DNA of 54,408 nt from a virus (IMGVR_UViG_3300021424_000044:1-54408); one strand, 5' to 3'; shown: positions 47,101-54,408, counted from the stretch's first letter. Made by a program: numbers and translations. The notes: generated from the letters alone by a model not told the origin.

Positions 47101-50100
47101 AACAGGAAATTCACGAGCGTCGTCTCGATGAACTTGATGCAGAGAAATCAAGGCTTCCACACCAGCAGGAAATTGACGACCCGATTGAACTCGACACAAA
47201 TGGTTTCCCCAAAAATCCAGAACAGACGGAACGTTTTAACGAACTGATGGAGGAGGGGAATCCAGTCTTCAAGGCCCGCAAGAGGCCAACACGAAAACCC
47301 AAGGAAACAGAAGACAAACGAGACCCAGAAGTTGAAGACCTCATTTCCAACATTATGTCGTCCACCGCTGGTCCAAGCGAAGGGTCAAAGCGTTCACTCC
47401 GCTCTTCTGGCGCTGGCCCAGAAACCCAGGATAGACCAGAAATAACATCAATTACGAAATTGATTGAGAATGACTACGACAGCATGCTGCAGGGTGGGGC
47501 CGACATGGATTCTGGCATGAGAGAAGTCGCTAGAACGGTTGGACTTAACGAAAAACAAACTGAAAAGTTGTCCAAGATTGCTTACACCTTGGACAGACAA
47601 AGGGACGAACTTCCGCAAACCGCAAGTGACCAAAAGAGGCTCGTTGACGGAATCATGGAGGAAAGATTTGGCAATCAACCACTGAATGACGACCAAAAAG
47701 CGTCAGTGCGGGAGGCTCTGTCGGCATTTATTGCCTACGCCGCGAAGAACGCAAAAGCAGAAGCCAACGGAAAAGCGAAGCCACGCCGCGACAGCGAGCC
47801 AGATGACATTCAGTCGATGATTAGAAGATTGCAGAGCGGGCAGCAACTGAGTGATGACGAACTCGACATGCTTGATGAACTGAAAAACATCGTCAGAGGG
47901 AAACGGAATGTAACCGAAGACGAACTTGATGCAATGGCTGACCTGGAAAAGGAAATACAAAGGGCACGACGCGCACCACGTCGCCAATTCGAACCAGCAC
48001 AGCAGGCTCTCTTTTCACGAGGAAACGTAAGAACGGATGTGCCGCTAAGTTCCCGTAGGTCTCTTGCAAGAACCGAGCGTGCCGCTAAACCACGAGGGAC
48101 AACGCTCCGTAGCGCTGGTGGAGATAAAACAAAAACACCAAGAACACCAGCACCAAAGAGTGGCGCTCCGCGCGGTGTTGGTGCTGGTCCTGGTGGCAAG
48201 GCTGGCCACGCAAGAATGACAAGAACGTATGGTCGTGACAAGAAGGGCAGTGACGGAAAGGTATTTGACTCCCTCACACCAGAACAGAAGGATGCCGTTA
48301 AGAAGACTCTTGTCGAAGAGGTCAAGCCAGCATTGGATAAGAAACTAAAGGGTTTCTTCAGTAAGTATTGGAAAGCCAGAAGCGAAAGAGGCTCTAAGAA
48401 ACAAAGCCTTTTGGCTGTCCGTAGAAGAGCAAAGGGTGACGCTCGCGGAAGATACGACAAAGTCGCAGAAGACACCCCACTTGAGTCGGCAGATATTTAC
48501 GAGATGCTTTATCGACTTGACGGACAAGTGTCCGAAGGTCTACTTGAAAAGTTTGAAGTGTCCGATAAGGACTCGCGAGAATTAAAACTCACCGAAGATG
48601 GTGAGGCCAAGGTGAGCGCGGCCAAGAATGGATACACAGTTCAGCAAAGAGCCTTGGATGACGCTCAGACAATCATGAACATGATTGAAGACGGGGACTT
48701 CTCCGCTCTTGAGCACTTGCATCCTGCCACCAAGAAGAAGATTGCTGACGTAATCAAAAAGAACGGCGGCGAGGTTCCAAAAGGTTGGATTGATTCAGAG
48801 TCATCAGTCGCTGGTTGGGCTGGCGGAGAAGGACGAACAAAGGCCCCAGACGCAATCGACCTAGAGAAAGAACGTGGAATAGGGAAAAAGAAAAAAGAAA
48901 AGCGACTCTCCCTGTTCCAAAGACTGCGCCGCGTCGACCCAGAAAGAGAACGAAAAGTTGAATTGCGCGCTGCAAGAAGACAGGGCCGACTCCGCGAGGG
49001 TATTGAACTTGACCCTGACCTACAGTTGAAGCGACGTATTCTTCGTGGCCGCGCCATGAAGAGAACTTTTATGTCGAGGTTTAGGAAGAACCGCGACCCA
49101 GAAACGCTTGCAACAGACATGAGGGAAAGGCGAGAAGAGGTTGCAGTTCTTAAAACAAATGCTACGGATGGAAAGGTTGAGGTTACTGACGGTTATGTCG
49201 ACCTTTTGCACGCTCTTGACCAAGGCTTGATTGGGATTAATGAAAAGAAGAGAAAGGGAGCAAGCGAAGAAGAAGTTGAAAGCGAACATAAAGCGTTGTT
49301 GCGCAGACTGTGGGAAAACTCGGGCTTTTCAGAAACGCCAATCCAACTGAAAGAAGATGAGGTTAAGTTACTCCTTGATGCTGGTTGGCAACCCATCATG
49401 CGTGGCACTGGCCACGAAAAAGTCAATAGCGAAACCTATGTTGAGCAATTCATCACCTCGGAAGGACGATTTATCCCAGGTCAGGGTGGCTCCGCGTTCG
49501 GAATCGGCGAATACTTCTCGTACCCAGGCGAATGGGGTAGTTACCATGGCGCGAATCCAACCGACAGACACACGCTCGTGGCACTCCTGCCCCCAACATC
49601 AACAATTGTCAAGCAGAGTGAAATTGCACGTGAACATGCAAATCTCGGCGCCATCACAACAAAAATTTCGGACGCATTCAAAATAATCGGTGGTCGAGAT
49701 GCGACCAAAGCCATGGAGCCAGAAGAACTGGTCGCCGAAATAGACAAAGCGGTCCCAGACCTGTCATCCGACGCATCGCGAACTGGTCAGATAATTAAGC
49801 AATTACGCGACAGGCTTGAGGCATTGTCAAAACTGCCCAAAACAAACGACGAAGAACGCGGTGCAGTTCAAGCACAAAAGGAAAAGATTTTGAATTCGCT
49901 TGACTATCTACAGCGTTTTTCCAAGCAACGCTCGCCAGAAATGATTGCACCGCTTATCGGTGTTGACGCCATTGACACAAACGAGAATGACTCCTCCATT
50001 AAGGACCCAATTCTCCTTCACAACAGAACGTCTGTTGCGGTTCTTCAGGTACCGACAACCTACGACCAGGGCTTGGCATTGGTTTCTGGCCCCAATGGCG

Positions 50101-50993
50101 AACGAAGGCCCAAGGCGTGGCTTAAGTGGAAGCGGAAGAGTGTTGAAACACCAGAAAGAGAAGCACCAAGAAGAAGGTCGCCACGTCGCGCAAGACGAGC
50201 ACAGCCGCCAGCACCCCAGCCAGCAGCAACCCCAAATCCGCCGACGCCAACCCCAAGTACGCCAACGCCATCCCCAAGTACACCAACGCCACCCACTCCG
50301 TCACCAGACGGCAAGGGCGCAAAAGCACCAGTTGATGTTTCGTCATGGACTTCAAGCAGACCACAGTCGACTGGCTCAAATCCAGCCACACTGCTTACTG
50401 CGCCAGACGGAACCCAGTACTACACCAAACTGCCAAAAGGAACCCCAGACGACAAGGACAGAATGGAAACAGAAGCCCTTGCATCAGAACTTTATAAGTT
50501 GGCTGGGATTCAAAGCGCCGATGTTCAAATGGGGACCCGCAATGGTCAGCCAGTGACCATTTCAAGAATGGTGCAATCGCGTATGCCAAATTCGCAGGGT
50601 GACCAAGACGAAGCACTTAAGGGTTTTGTTGTGGATGCGTGGCTCGCAAACTGGGACGCACCGCTTAACGACAATATCAAGATTGATAGCAATGGCAACG
50701 CAGTGAGACTCGATGTTGGCGGCTCACTTGATTTCAGGGCGCAAGGCGCACGAAAAGGTAAGGCATGGGGCAACACGGTTGGTGAAATTGAATCAATGAA
50801 AAAAGGTGGAACATACGATTTCAAAAAGATTACGGATGCTGCAATCAAGCAGCAAGCCAAAGCACTGGGTAACGTAACTGACACAGATATTAGGGCAACA
50901 GTTTCCAGAATTGTCTCTGACCCAGCAAGGGCAAAGGCACTTGCTGATACGCTTATTGCACGACGAGATGACATAGTCAAGAGGTATGCATAG
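44127..50993 (+). CDS. Giant modular protein (2288 aa): DGDG cassette, KTSC-like, helical repeats, ART-like, C-terminal HipA/PI3K-like kinase
   Basis: MTYDPQTNSVEVTYKDG...FDNVP is KTSC-like. IMRG...GSAFGIGEYFS...LHNRTSV is ART-like. GSNP...YYTK...EALASELY...DAWLANWD...N...RLDVGGSL is kinase-like. Eight [L/I]RS[S/A]G motifs. Confidence 0.75.
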   Translation: MRQYAVLKNVVRDVNFGVVVKSDGNLKFFGWSQKAVEWANWANSNNADLSQLPPNISVGEFRGMSDETMKSIILNSQDAVAAGSATISTKTLAFDLGREHNPNASKFPSFIDSPISGDWVSKHKSINFKAHNFRKEVVQNELALRVRIHELAFNNETKQFVSKPNKITATHTRSEIQKKMSRGAERKFGKQIVEYTNKEILKNYVAPTIKRDTLGKSTKEILDTYTKARLGRAIGRAAGNAIRGAASSRTARGVARRFISGTLDPRKRRDHDGDGLIFDGTWREMPDPNRFVSAPRASETSTGMLMEGTPGLRRRGGMNLPGGGGVGIRSTDPEENRRVEDSLRAQDELRQQFTAEVEKIVNTLRDAGLTIEKPKRGKRERRLSDGTSLRSSGATANEPPRAAAAVQMAFDTRNSRKASKMTYDPQTNSVEVTYKDGRMKRFDNVPYDEARRAGADDAIDRLITDMETGRIGKESKEPIMGIRSSGRRPKPDVDMTDMTPEEREANRPSSVSEDEYRRRIRRDVDRSLRRADEEGLRSSGKYTRGNMSRLTPQSQSRVDNAKEMLDSGRVDNVRQLTTQVEGLDLRISRNQNYLDSLRDTLRRLGPGDKRRPDTEKDFERAEQELGVDMAIRDLTQQRLKKIDRGPKPGGLRSSGNRNTAEKLPDEGGEPGRYDDMPSVEDAVKKLTSGDRMSADELEYLEEVTDRILDDPDTPENIRDSMLDLKNQIAARRKNGGNTLRSSGGGGRRRATTPTPVDVEAYLKDWLENRNRNRPYMPGQDTGQKTPVDDIPDLSDEAIRDEIDRIENRPRVYDGNVTAARMDGERKAALERELQRRRRGGGRRKPTQNTKRPFSSEPKPETNRPLSTGSNQRVSNWLNSPEGRRSVQTLRSSGAGREEFGSTATGGFKYPNASQRKRIFNSKEDVDDFIQDLKDDYEARRRRLEQELGFEDGYYMDDEELIEKFMDDYGMSRGEARQEMRKYRRNYDLLEKEQEIHERRLDELDAEKSRLPHQQEIDDPIELDTNGFPKNPEQTERFNELMEEGNPVFKARKRPTRKPKETEDKRDPEVEDLISNIMSSTAGPSEGSKRSLRSSGAGPETQDRPEITSITKLIENDYDSMLQGGADMDSGMREVARTVGLNEKQTEKLSKIAYTLDRQRDELPQTASDQKRLVDGIMEERFGNQPLNDDQKASVREALSAFIAYAAKNAKAEANGKAKPRRDSEPDDIQSMIRRLQSGQQLSDDELDMLDELKNIVRGKRNVTEDELDAMADLEKEIQRARRAPRRQFEPAQQALFSRGNVRTDVPLSSRRSLARTERAAKPRGTTLRSAGGDKTKTPRTPAPKSGAPRGVGAGPGGKAGHARMTRTYGRDKKGSDGKVFDSLTPEQKDAVKKTLVEEVKPALDKKLKGFFSKYWKARSERGSKKQSLLAVRRRAKGDARGRYDKVAEDTPLESADIYEMLYRLDGQVSEGLLEKFEVSDKDSRELKLTEDGEAKVSAAKNGYTVQQRALDDAQTIMNMIEDGDFSALEHLHPATKKKIADVIKKNGGEVPKGWIDSESSVAGWAGGEGRTKAPDAIDLEKERGIGKKKKEKRLSLFQRLRRVDPERERKVELRAARRQGRLREGIELDPDLQLKRRILRGRAMKRTFMSRFRKNRDPETLATDMRERREEVAVLKTNATDGKVEVTDGYVDLLHALDQGLIGINEKKRKGASEEEVESEHKALLRRLWENSGFSETPIQLKEDEVKLLLDAGWQPIMRGTGHEKVNSETYVEQFITSEGRFIPGQGGSAFGIGEYFSYPGEWGSYHGANPTDRHTLVALLPPTSTIVKQSEIAREHANLGAITTKISDAFKIIGGRDATKAMEPEELVAEIDKAVPDLSSDASRTGQIIKQLRDRLEALSKLPKTNDEERGAVQAQKEKILNSLDYLQRFSKQRSPEMIAPLIGVDAIDTNENDSSIKDPILLHNRTSVAVLQVPTTYDQGLALVSGPNGERRPKAWLKWKRKSVETPEREAPRRRSPRRARRAQPPAPQPAATPNPPTPTPSTPTPSPSTPTPPTPSPDGKGAKAPVDVSSWTSSRPQSTGSNPATLLTAPDGTQYYTKLPKGTPDDKDRMETEALASELYKLAGIQSADVQMGTRNGQPVTISRMVQSRMPNSQGDQDEALKGFVVDAWLANWDAPLNDNIKIDSNGNAVRLDVGGSLDFRAQGARKGKAWGNTVGEIESMKKGGTYDFKKITDAAIKQQAKALGNVTDTDIRATVSRIVSDPARAKALADTLIARRDDIVKRYA
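50200..50310 (+). repeat. Pro/Thr-rich linker repeat (PTPTPSTPTPSPSTPTPP)
   Basis: Imperfect repeats of acgcca(a/t)ccccaagtac separating the ART-like and kinase-like domains. Confidence 0.8.
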
Positions 50994-50995
50994 TC

Positions 50996-51379
50996 ATGGA
51001 TTACTCACAGGGTATTAAAGCGATGGAGTTGGCAGAAAAAGAATTGCTGGAATTAATGGACTATCCCCCATTCAGCGAAATCGACGGCGGTGACGAAGTC
51101 GAACCCGACTGGGGTTTCCCGTCAATCAGTGAACGTGGTGAGGATTTGGCGGAGGCAATCCGCGATGCCATTGACCTCGTACGGACCGAGCAAAAGCGTC
51201 TAGAAAAAGCGGGCAAACGAATGTATGACATGGATGGCGCCATACTCGCTAAAGCATTTACAGATGTAGAGAAAGAATTTGCCGATGACCTTGACGAAGC
51301 ACGCTTGTACCGAAAGCGTTTTCCAAAAACCAGAATTTCTGCCCTGATGCAGGCGTGGAAGCCAAAACAACAAAAGTAG
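50996..51379 (+). CDS. Small acidic hypothetical protein (127 aa)
   Basis: Starts 2 nt after the giant ORF stop, GAGG RBS. Confidence 0.7.
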   Translation: MDYSQGIKAMELAEKELLELMDYPPFSEIDGGDEVEPDWGFPSISERGEDLAEAIRDAIDLVRTEQKRLEKAGKRMYDMDGAILAKAFTDVEKEFADDLDEARLYRKRFPKTRISALMQAWKPKQQK

Positions 51380-51388
51380 GTTTGGCTC

Positions 51389-54097
51389 ATGGCCGATGAG
51401 CAGTCCGATACAAATTCTCGTGTTTTTGCCATTCGCGCATCACAGTGGATTGGTTGTTCTGGAGCGCACAAACACGAGGGTAAGTGGATGCCGTGCGAAA
51501 CGCATGAAGAACTTCTAAAAATTTCTGGTGAGGCAGAGCCAAAAAAGAAAACTGCTTTTGAAGATTTGTACAAAAGATACAACACGCGAAAAGCAAAAGG
51601 GAAAAAGAAAAAGCGCGGTTGGGAAAATTTAAGAGAATTAAGACCGCTTGGCGGGTTTGCAACACTTGAGGGCGGCGGCATAGTTTCTGCCCCAATAAAT
51701 TCAACAATTTACTCTGGTGGCGTTAAGTCATACATTCCTGGCGTAACTCCAAGAGATAATGACCCAGACGTTTTCACAGACATCGAATCGGCGCGCAAAA
51801 GAAGCAGGATGCTGGGGTGCATTGGGGTGAGAAGAATGCCTTCTGCAAGCGGAAGAACAGTTTGGATGCCGTGTACAACGAATACCGATTATGCGCGCCT
51901 TGCTGGAACGACATTTCTTGGCAGAAGAGGTCAGCAAGAAGCACAGCGCAGAATGATTAGAACGATTGTCAGAAACGAATTCCGTAACGAAGAGCGAAAC
52001 AGAAGAATTAGAAAGAAGTCACTGTTCGAGGAGTTGGTCCAAGACAAGAGTCTACTTGGAAGAGCCATAGGCAGAATAAATTCACCTGGTTCTTTGTCAA
52101 GAAGACTAAGAAGAGGAATGTCTGCTGGCGGCAGAATTGAAGGAGTACTTGACCCCCGCGTGAGAAGAGACCTTGATGGCGACGGTCTCATTTTTGATGG
52201 CACGTGGAGAGAAATGCCAGACCCAACCAGGGCGACAACCGCAGCGTCGAGAGTGCTACGAAGTTCTGGTGATGCGACACCACCAGAAATGAAATGGTGG
52301 AAATCTAAAACAGACAACACCTGGCTGACGCCAAACAGAATTGGCAAAGGGGGGAAACTCAAAGCCTCCGAAATACTCAACTTTGACAGAGTGCGCTTGC
52401 GAAAAGACAGAGACGAACAAGCCGAAGTTCTCGGTGTATCACGAGAAGTCATAGACGCCATGCACCAGCCAGGCGCATCATTGGACCCAGAGGATGCAGA
52501 CAAACTCTCCCTAAGAGCACTTGAATTGCACCCAGCGCTCATTTGGGGCGCATCATGGCTAGAGCCAGATAGGAAAAAGAAAACCAAAATACGAAGAACC
52601 AAAAGTTCACGCGGCAAGTACGGCTCGCTTGACGGAAGACAGGTTCGCGCCAAAAAACGTGGCGCTGGGGAATTGGACGACAGGGACAAGCGCGTTCTTG
52701 AAATGCGCGCAAACGGCGCAACAATGCAGGAAATAGCGGATGAACTCAAAGTAACAAAACAAAGGGCTGACCAAATTTACAAGAGGGCGGTTAAAAGAAA
52801 TACGCAAGCAGACATCAGTAGAGATGGCAGCATCCTTCGCAGTCAGGGGACAAATCTTGCGCGCGGTGACGGGATGATTCGCCGAGACGAACGTGGAAAG
52901 CCAATTCGTCAGGCAGACAGAAGAAAAGAAACCCTTGAGCAGACAATAGCCAAACTCAAAGAAATGGGTTTTTCTGATGAAGAGATAAATCTGCTTATGA
53001 CTGGTGACCGAAACACACCTGTCGATACGACCACAAGAGATGTTGATACCTCAGAGGCAAGAAGGCTTCGGTCTTCTGGTCGAGTCAATTCGCCAGTTGG
53101 TCTAAGGTCTGGCGGCTTCAGTATTAGTCAGATGGAAATAACGCCGCCCAAAGAGTGGCCAGAATCGTCAAAAACACACATGCTCAACTGGGCAAATGGA
53201 AGACCATCTTTCAATATCCCATACTCAATAAGCCAAAAACACAAGCGTGATGGAAGTCTTTCCGACAGAGAATGGAAGACGCTACTTAGGTTCTACAAGC
53301 AATGGGGCCCAGAAAATACATCTGGGAGAAGATTGCGTTCTGGTGGCGGTGGAAACATCACTGATACATACACCAATGTTGGTGCAAGAAGAATGGCACA
53401 AATCATTCTTGACAGAGTAAAGCCGCAGTCCAGAAATAAGCCAGTAGGTAAAAGACGGCACTTCCACATAATTGGTCCAGGCGGAATGGGAAAGACCACG
53501 CTGCGCGAGTTTCTAACGAAAGAAGGGGTAATACCTGGCGACGACGAAGCGGCGCTTGTTGACCCCGATTTCATCAAAATGGGAATTGTTGGGTATGAGG
53601 GTGGAAAAGGTTCAGAACTTGTTCATAGGGAGTCGGCACATTCGGCAACACATACGGTGAATGACGCGCGAAAAGAGGGCATGGACATAATCACTGAAGG
53701 AACTGGATACAGACTGCACGACTACAAAACGACAAGTGACAATACCTATGAGAAGGTGTTTCACATTCCGTACCTGCCATACGATGAAGCAGAAAGGCGA
53801 GTCCGCGTAAGAAATGCACAAGGAAAAAGACAATTGCCAGTTAGTCAAATAAGGGCCAAGGGTGCTGGCCTGTATGGATTCATAACCGACCACCTGAGAA
53901 GAGGCGAAGCGCAAACAATGTATATCTGGGACATGGACGTTCCAGAAGGGGCTGCGCCAAGGGTCATCGCAAAAATAGAAGATGGTGTTTTTCAGGCTTT
54001 TGACGAACCAAAATTCAAGGCTTGGGCCGTGCAGCACGGTGGTAGGGGTGGGGATTCCGATATCTCCTGGTTCAGGAGAAACTTCCCTTCTAAATAA
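51389..54097 (+). CDS. Modular protein (902 aa): two DUF3721-like repeats, DGDG cassette, two HTH-like modules, C-terminal zeta-toxin-like P-loop kinase
   Basis: IGCSGAH...WMPC and LGCIG...WMPC. QAEVLGVSREVI and ATMQEIADELKVTKQRADQI. IIGPGGMGKTT...VDPDFIK...VHRES...DIITEGTG. Five LRSxG motifs. Confidence 0.75.
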   Translation: MADEQSDTNSRVFAIRASQWIGCSGAHKHEGKWMPCETHEELLKISGEAEPKKKTAFEDLYKRYNTRKAKGKKKKRGWENLRELRPLGGFATLEGGGIVSAPINSTIYSGGVKSYIPGVTPRDNDPDVFTDIESARKRSRMLGCIGVRRMPSASGRTVWMPCTTNTDYARLAGTTFLGRRGQQEAQRRMIRTIVRNEFRNEERNRRIRKKSLFEELVQDKSLLGRAIGRINSPGSLSRRLRRGMSAGGRIEGVLDPRVRRDLDGDGLIFDGTWREMPDPTRATTAASRVLRSSGDATPPEMKWWKSKTDNTWLTPNRIGKGGKLKASEILNFDRVRLRKDRDEQAEVLGVSREVIDAMHQPGASLDPEDADKLSLRALELHPALIWGASWLEPDRKKKTKIRRTKSSRGKYGSLDGRQVRAKKRGAGELDDRDKRVLEMRANGATMQEIADELKVTKQRADQIYKRAVKRNTQADISRDGSILRSQGTNLARGDGMIRRDERGKPIRQADRRKETLEQTIAKLKEMGFSDEEINLLMTGDRNTPVDTTTRDVDTSEARRLRSSGRVNSPVGLRSGGFSISQMEITPPKEWPESSKTHMLNWANGRPSFNIPYSISQKHKRDGSLSDREWKTLLRFYKQWGPENTSGRRLRSGGGGNITDTYTNVGARRMAQIILDRVKPQSRNKPVGKRRHFHIIGPGGMGKTTLREFLTKEGVIPGDDEAALVDPDFIKMGIVGYEGGKGSELVHRESAHSATHTVNDARKEGMDIITEGTGYRLHDYKTTSDNTYEKVFHIPYLPYDEAERRVRVRNAQGKRQLPVSQIRAKGAGLYGFITDHLRRGEAQTMYIWDMDVPEGAAPRVIAKIEDGVFQAFDEPKFKAWAVQHGGRGGDSDISWFRRNFPSK

Positions 54098-54103
54098 AAC
54101 ATC

Positions 54104-54148
54104 TATTTACACACATTGATTTGCCCATATTTACACAAGAGTTACACT
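54104..54148 (+). repeat. Direct repeats TATTTACACA x2 (24-bp spacing) plus a partial GTTACACT
   Basis: Copies at 54104-54113, 54128-54137 and 54141-54148, upstream of the probable capsid gene. Confidence 0.6.
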
Positions 54149-54250
54149 ACGCAACAATTATTTTCTGTATCTTTGATACCTAAGGGCTGGGTGCTTACCT
54201 GAGCCATGAAGCAACAAGTCCAAATACTCACAAGAAAGCAAGTCAATCAC

Positions 54251-54408
54251 ATGTCTACTCAAGACACCAGCAGATTGAACGAACTGCAGACAGCACTTCG
54301 TTCAAAGATGGCGGACAATAAGGCAATCGCCGATTCGTTCCGCGTCGAAGACGGCACCGTTGTCGTCTCTTCGGCACAAAAGAATGCGTTCGACAAGAAC
54401 ATGTCCGA
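54251..54408 (+). CDS. 5' end of probable HK97-type major capsid protein (coiled-coil delta/scaffold domain)
   Basis: MSTQDTSRLNELQTALRSKMADNKAIADSFRVEDGTVVVSSAQKNAFDKNMS..., open to the window end and following the head cluster. Identity is inferred from position and helical character only. Confidence 0.6.
   Translation, partial: MSTQDTSRLNELQTALRSKMADNKAIADSFRVEDGTVVVSSAQKNAFDKNMS

Noticed and set aside
33950-50993. Inteins or virion RNA polymerase subunits as the explanation for the giant ORFs
   Set aside because: No C...HN[C/S/T] intein ends or LAGLIDADG motifs were noticed. DFDGD in the shared cassette lacks the NADFDGD double-psi-barrel context and recurs as DHDGD and DLDGD.
30431-53347. 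LRSSG copies as a DNA repeat, mobile element or diversity-generating target
   Set aside because: Nucleotide sequences differ at synonymous positions and even switch Ser and Arg codon families. No reverse transcriptase or recombinase gene was seen.
1-54408. tRNA, rRNA, integrase/att sites or stop-codon reassignment
   Set aside because: Intergenic gaps are short with no cloverleaf noticed, and no integrase was seen. Genes are long and tile the window under the standard code.

Overview
The whole window is one segment of a large tailed dsDNA phage genome with a contractile tail (myovirus-type) and an HK97-type head. The host is probably an Actinobacterium, inferred from an r1t-like holin and leaderless-type -10 promoters. 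The left ~26.7 kb is on the minus strand. Read right to left it holds the large terminase, a recombination block (Rad52/Sak-like, RecB/Cas4-like exonuclease, HNH, RuvC-like), a ParB-N + PAPS-reductase (IbrA/IbrB-like) block, neck genes, sheath, tube, a frameshifted chaperone pair, tape measure, baseplate, holin and fibre-like genes. The right ~27.7 kb is on the plus strand. It holds a small membrane gene, the portal, an HK97 prohead protease with a ~950-aa extension, ~21 kb of very large modular proteins, and the start of the probable major capsid gene. The standout feature is in that head cluster. Four giant ORFs, including the protease itself, are divided by 20 copies of a pentapeptide [L/I]-R-S-[S/G/A/Q]-G written with many different codons. 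Three of them also share a 30-aa DPRxRRDxDGDGLIFDGTWxExPDP cassette. The modules between the motifs look like zincin peptidases, ADP-ribosyltransferase folds, KTSC, HipA/PI3K-like kinase, HTH and zeta-toxin-like kinase. This reads as a capsid-packaged, proteolytically processed effector polyprotein system. All domain names come from motif recognition by eye, not from database searches.
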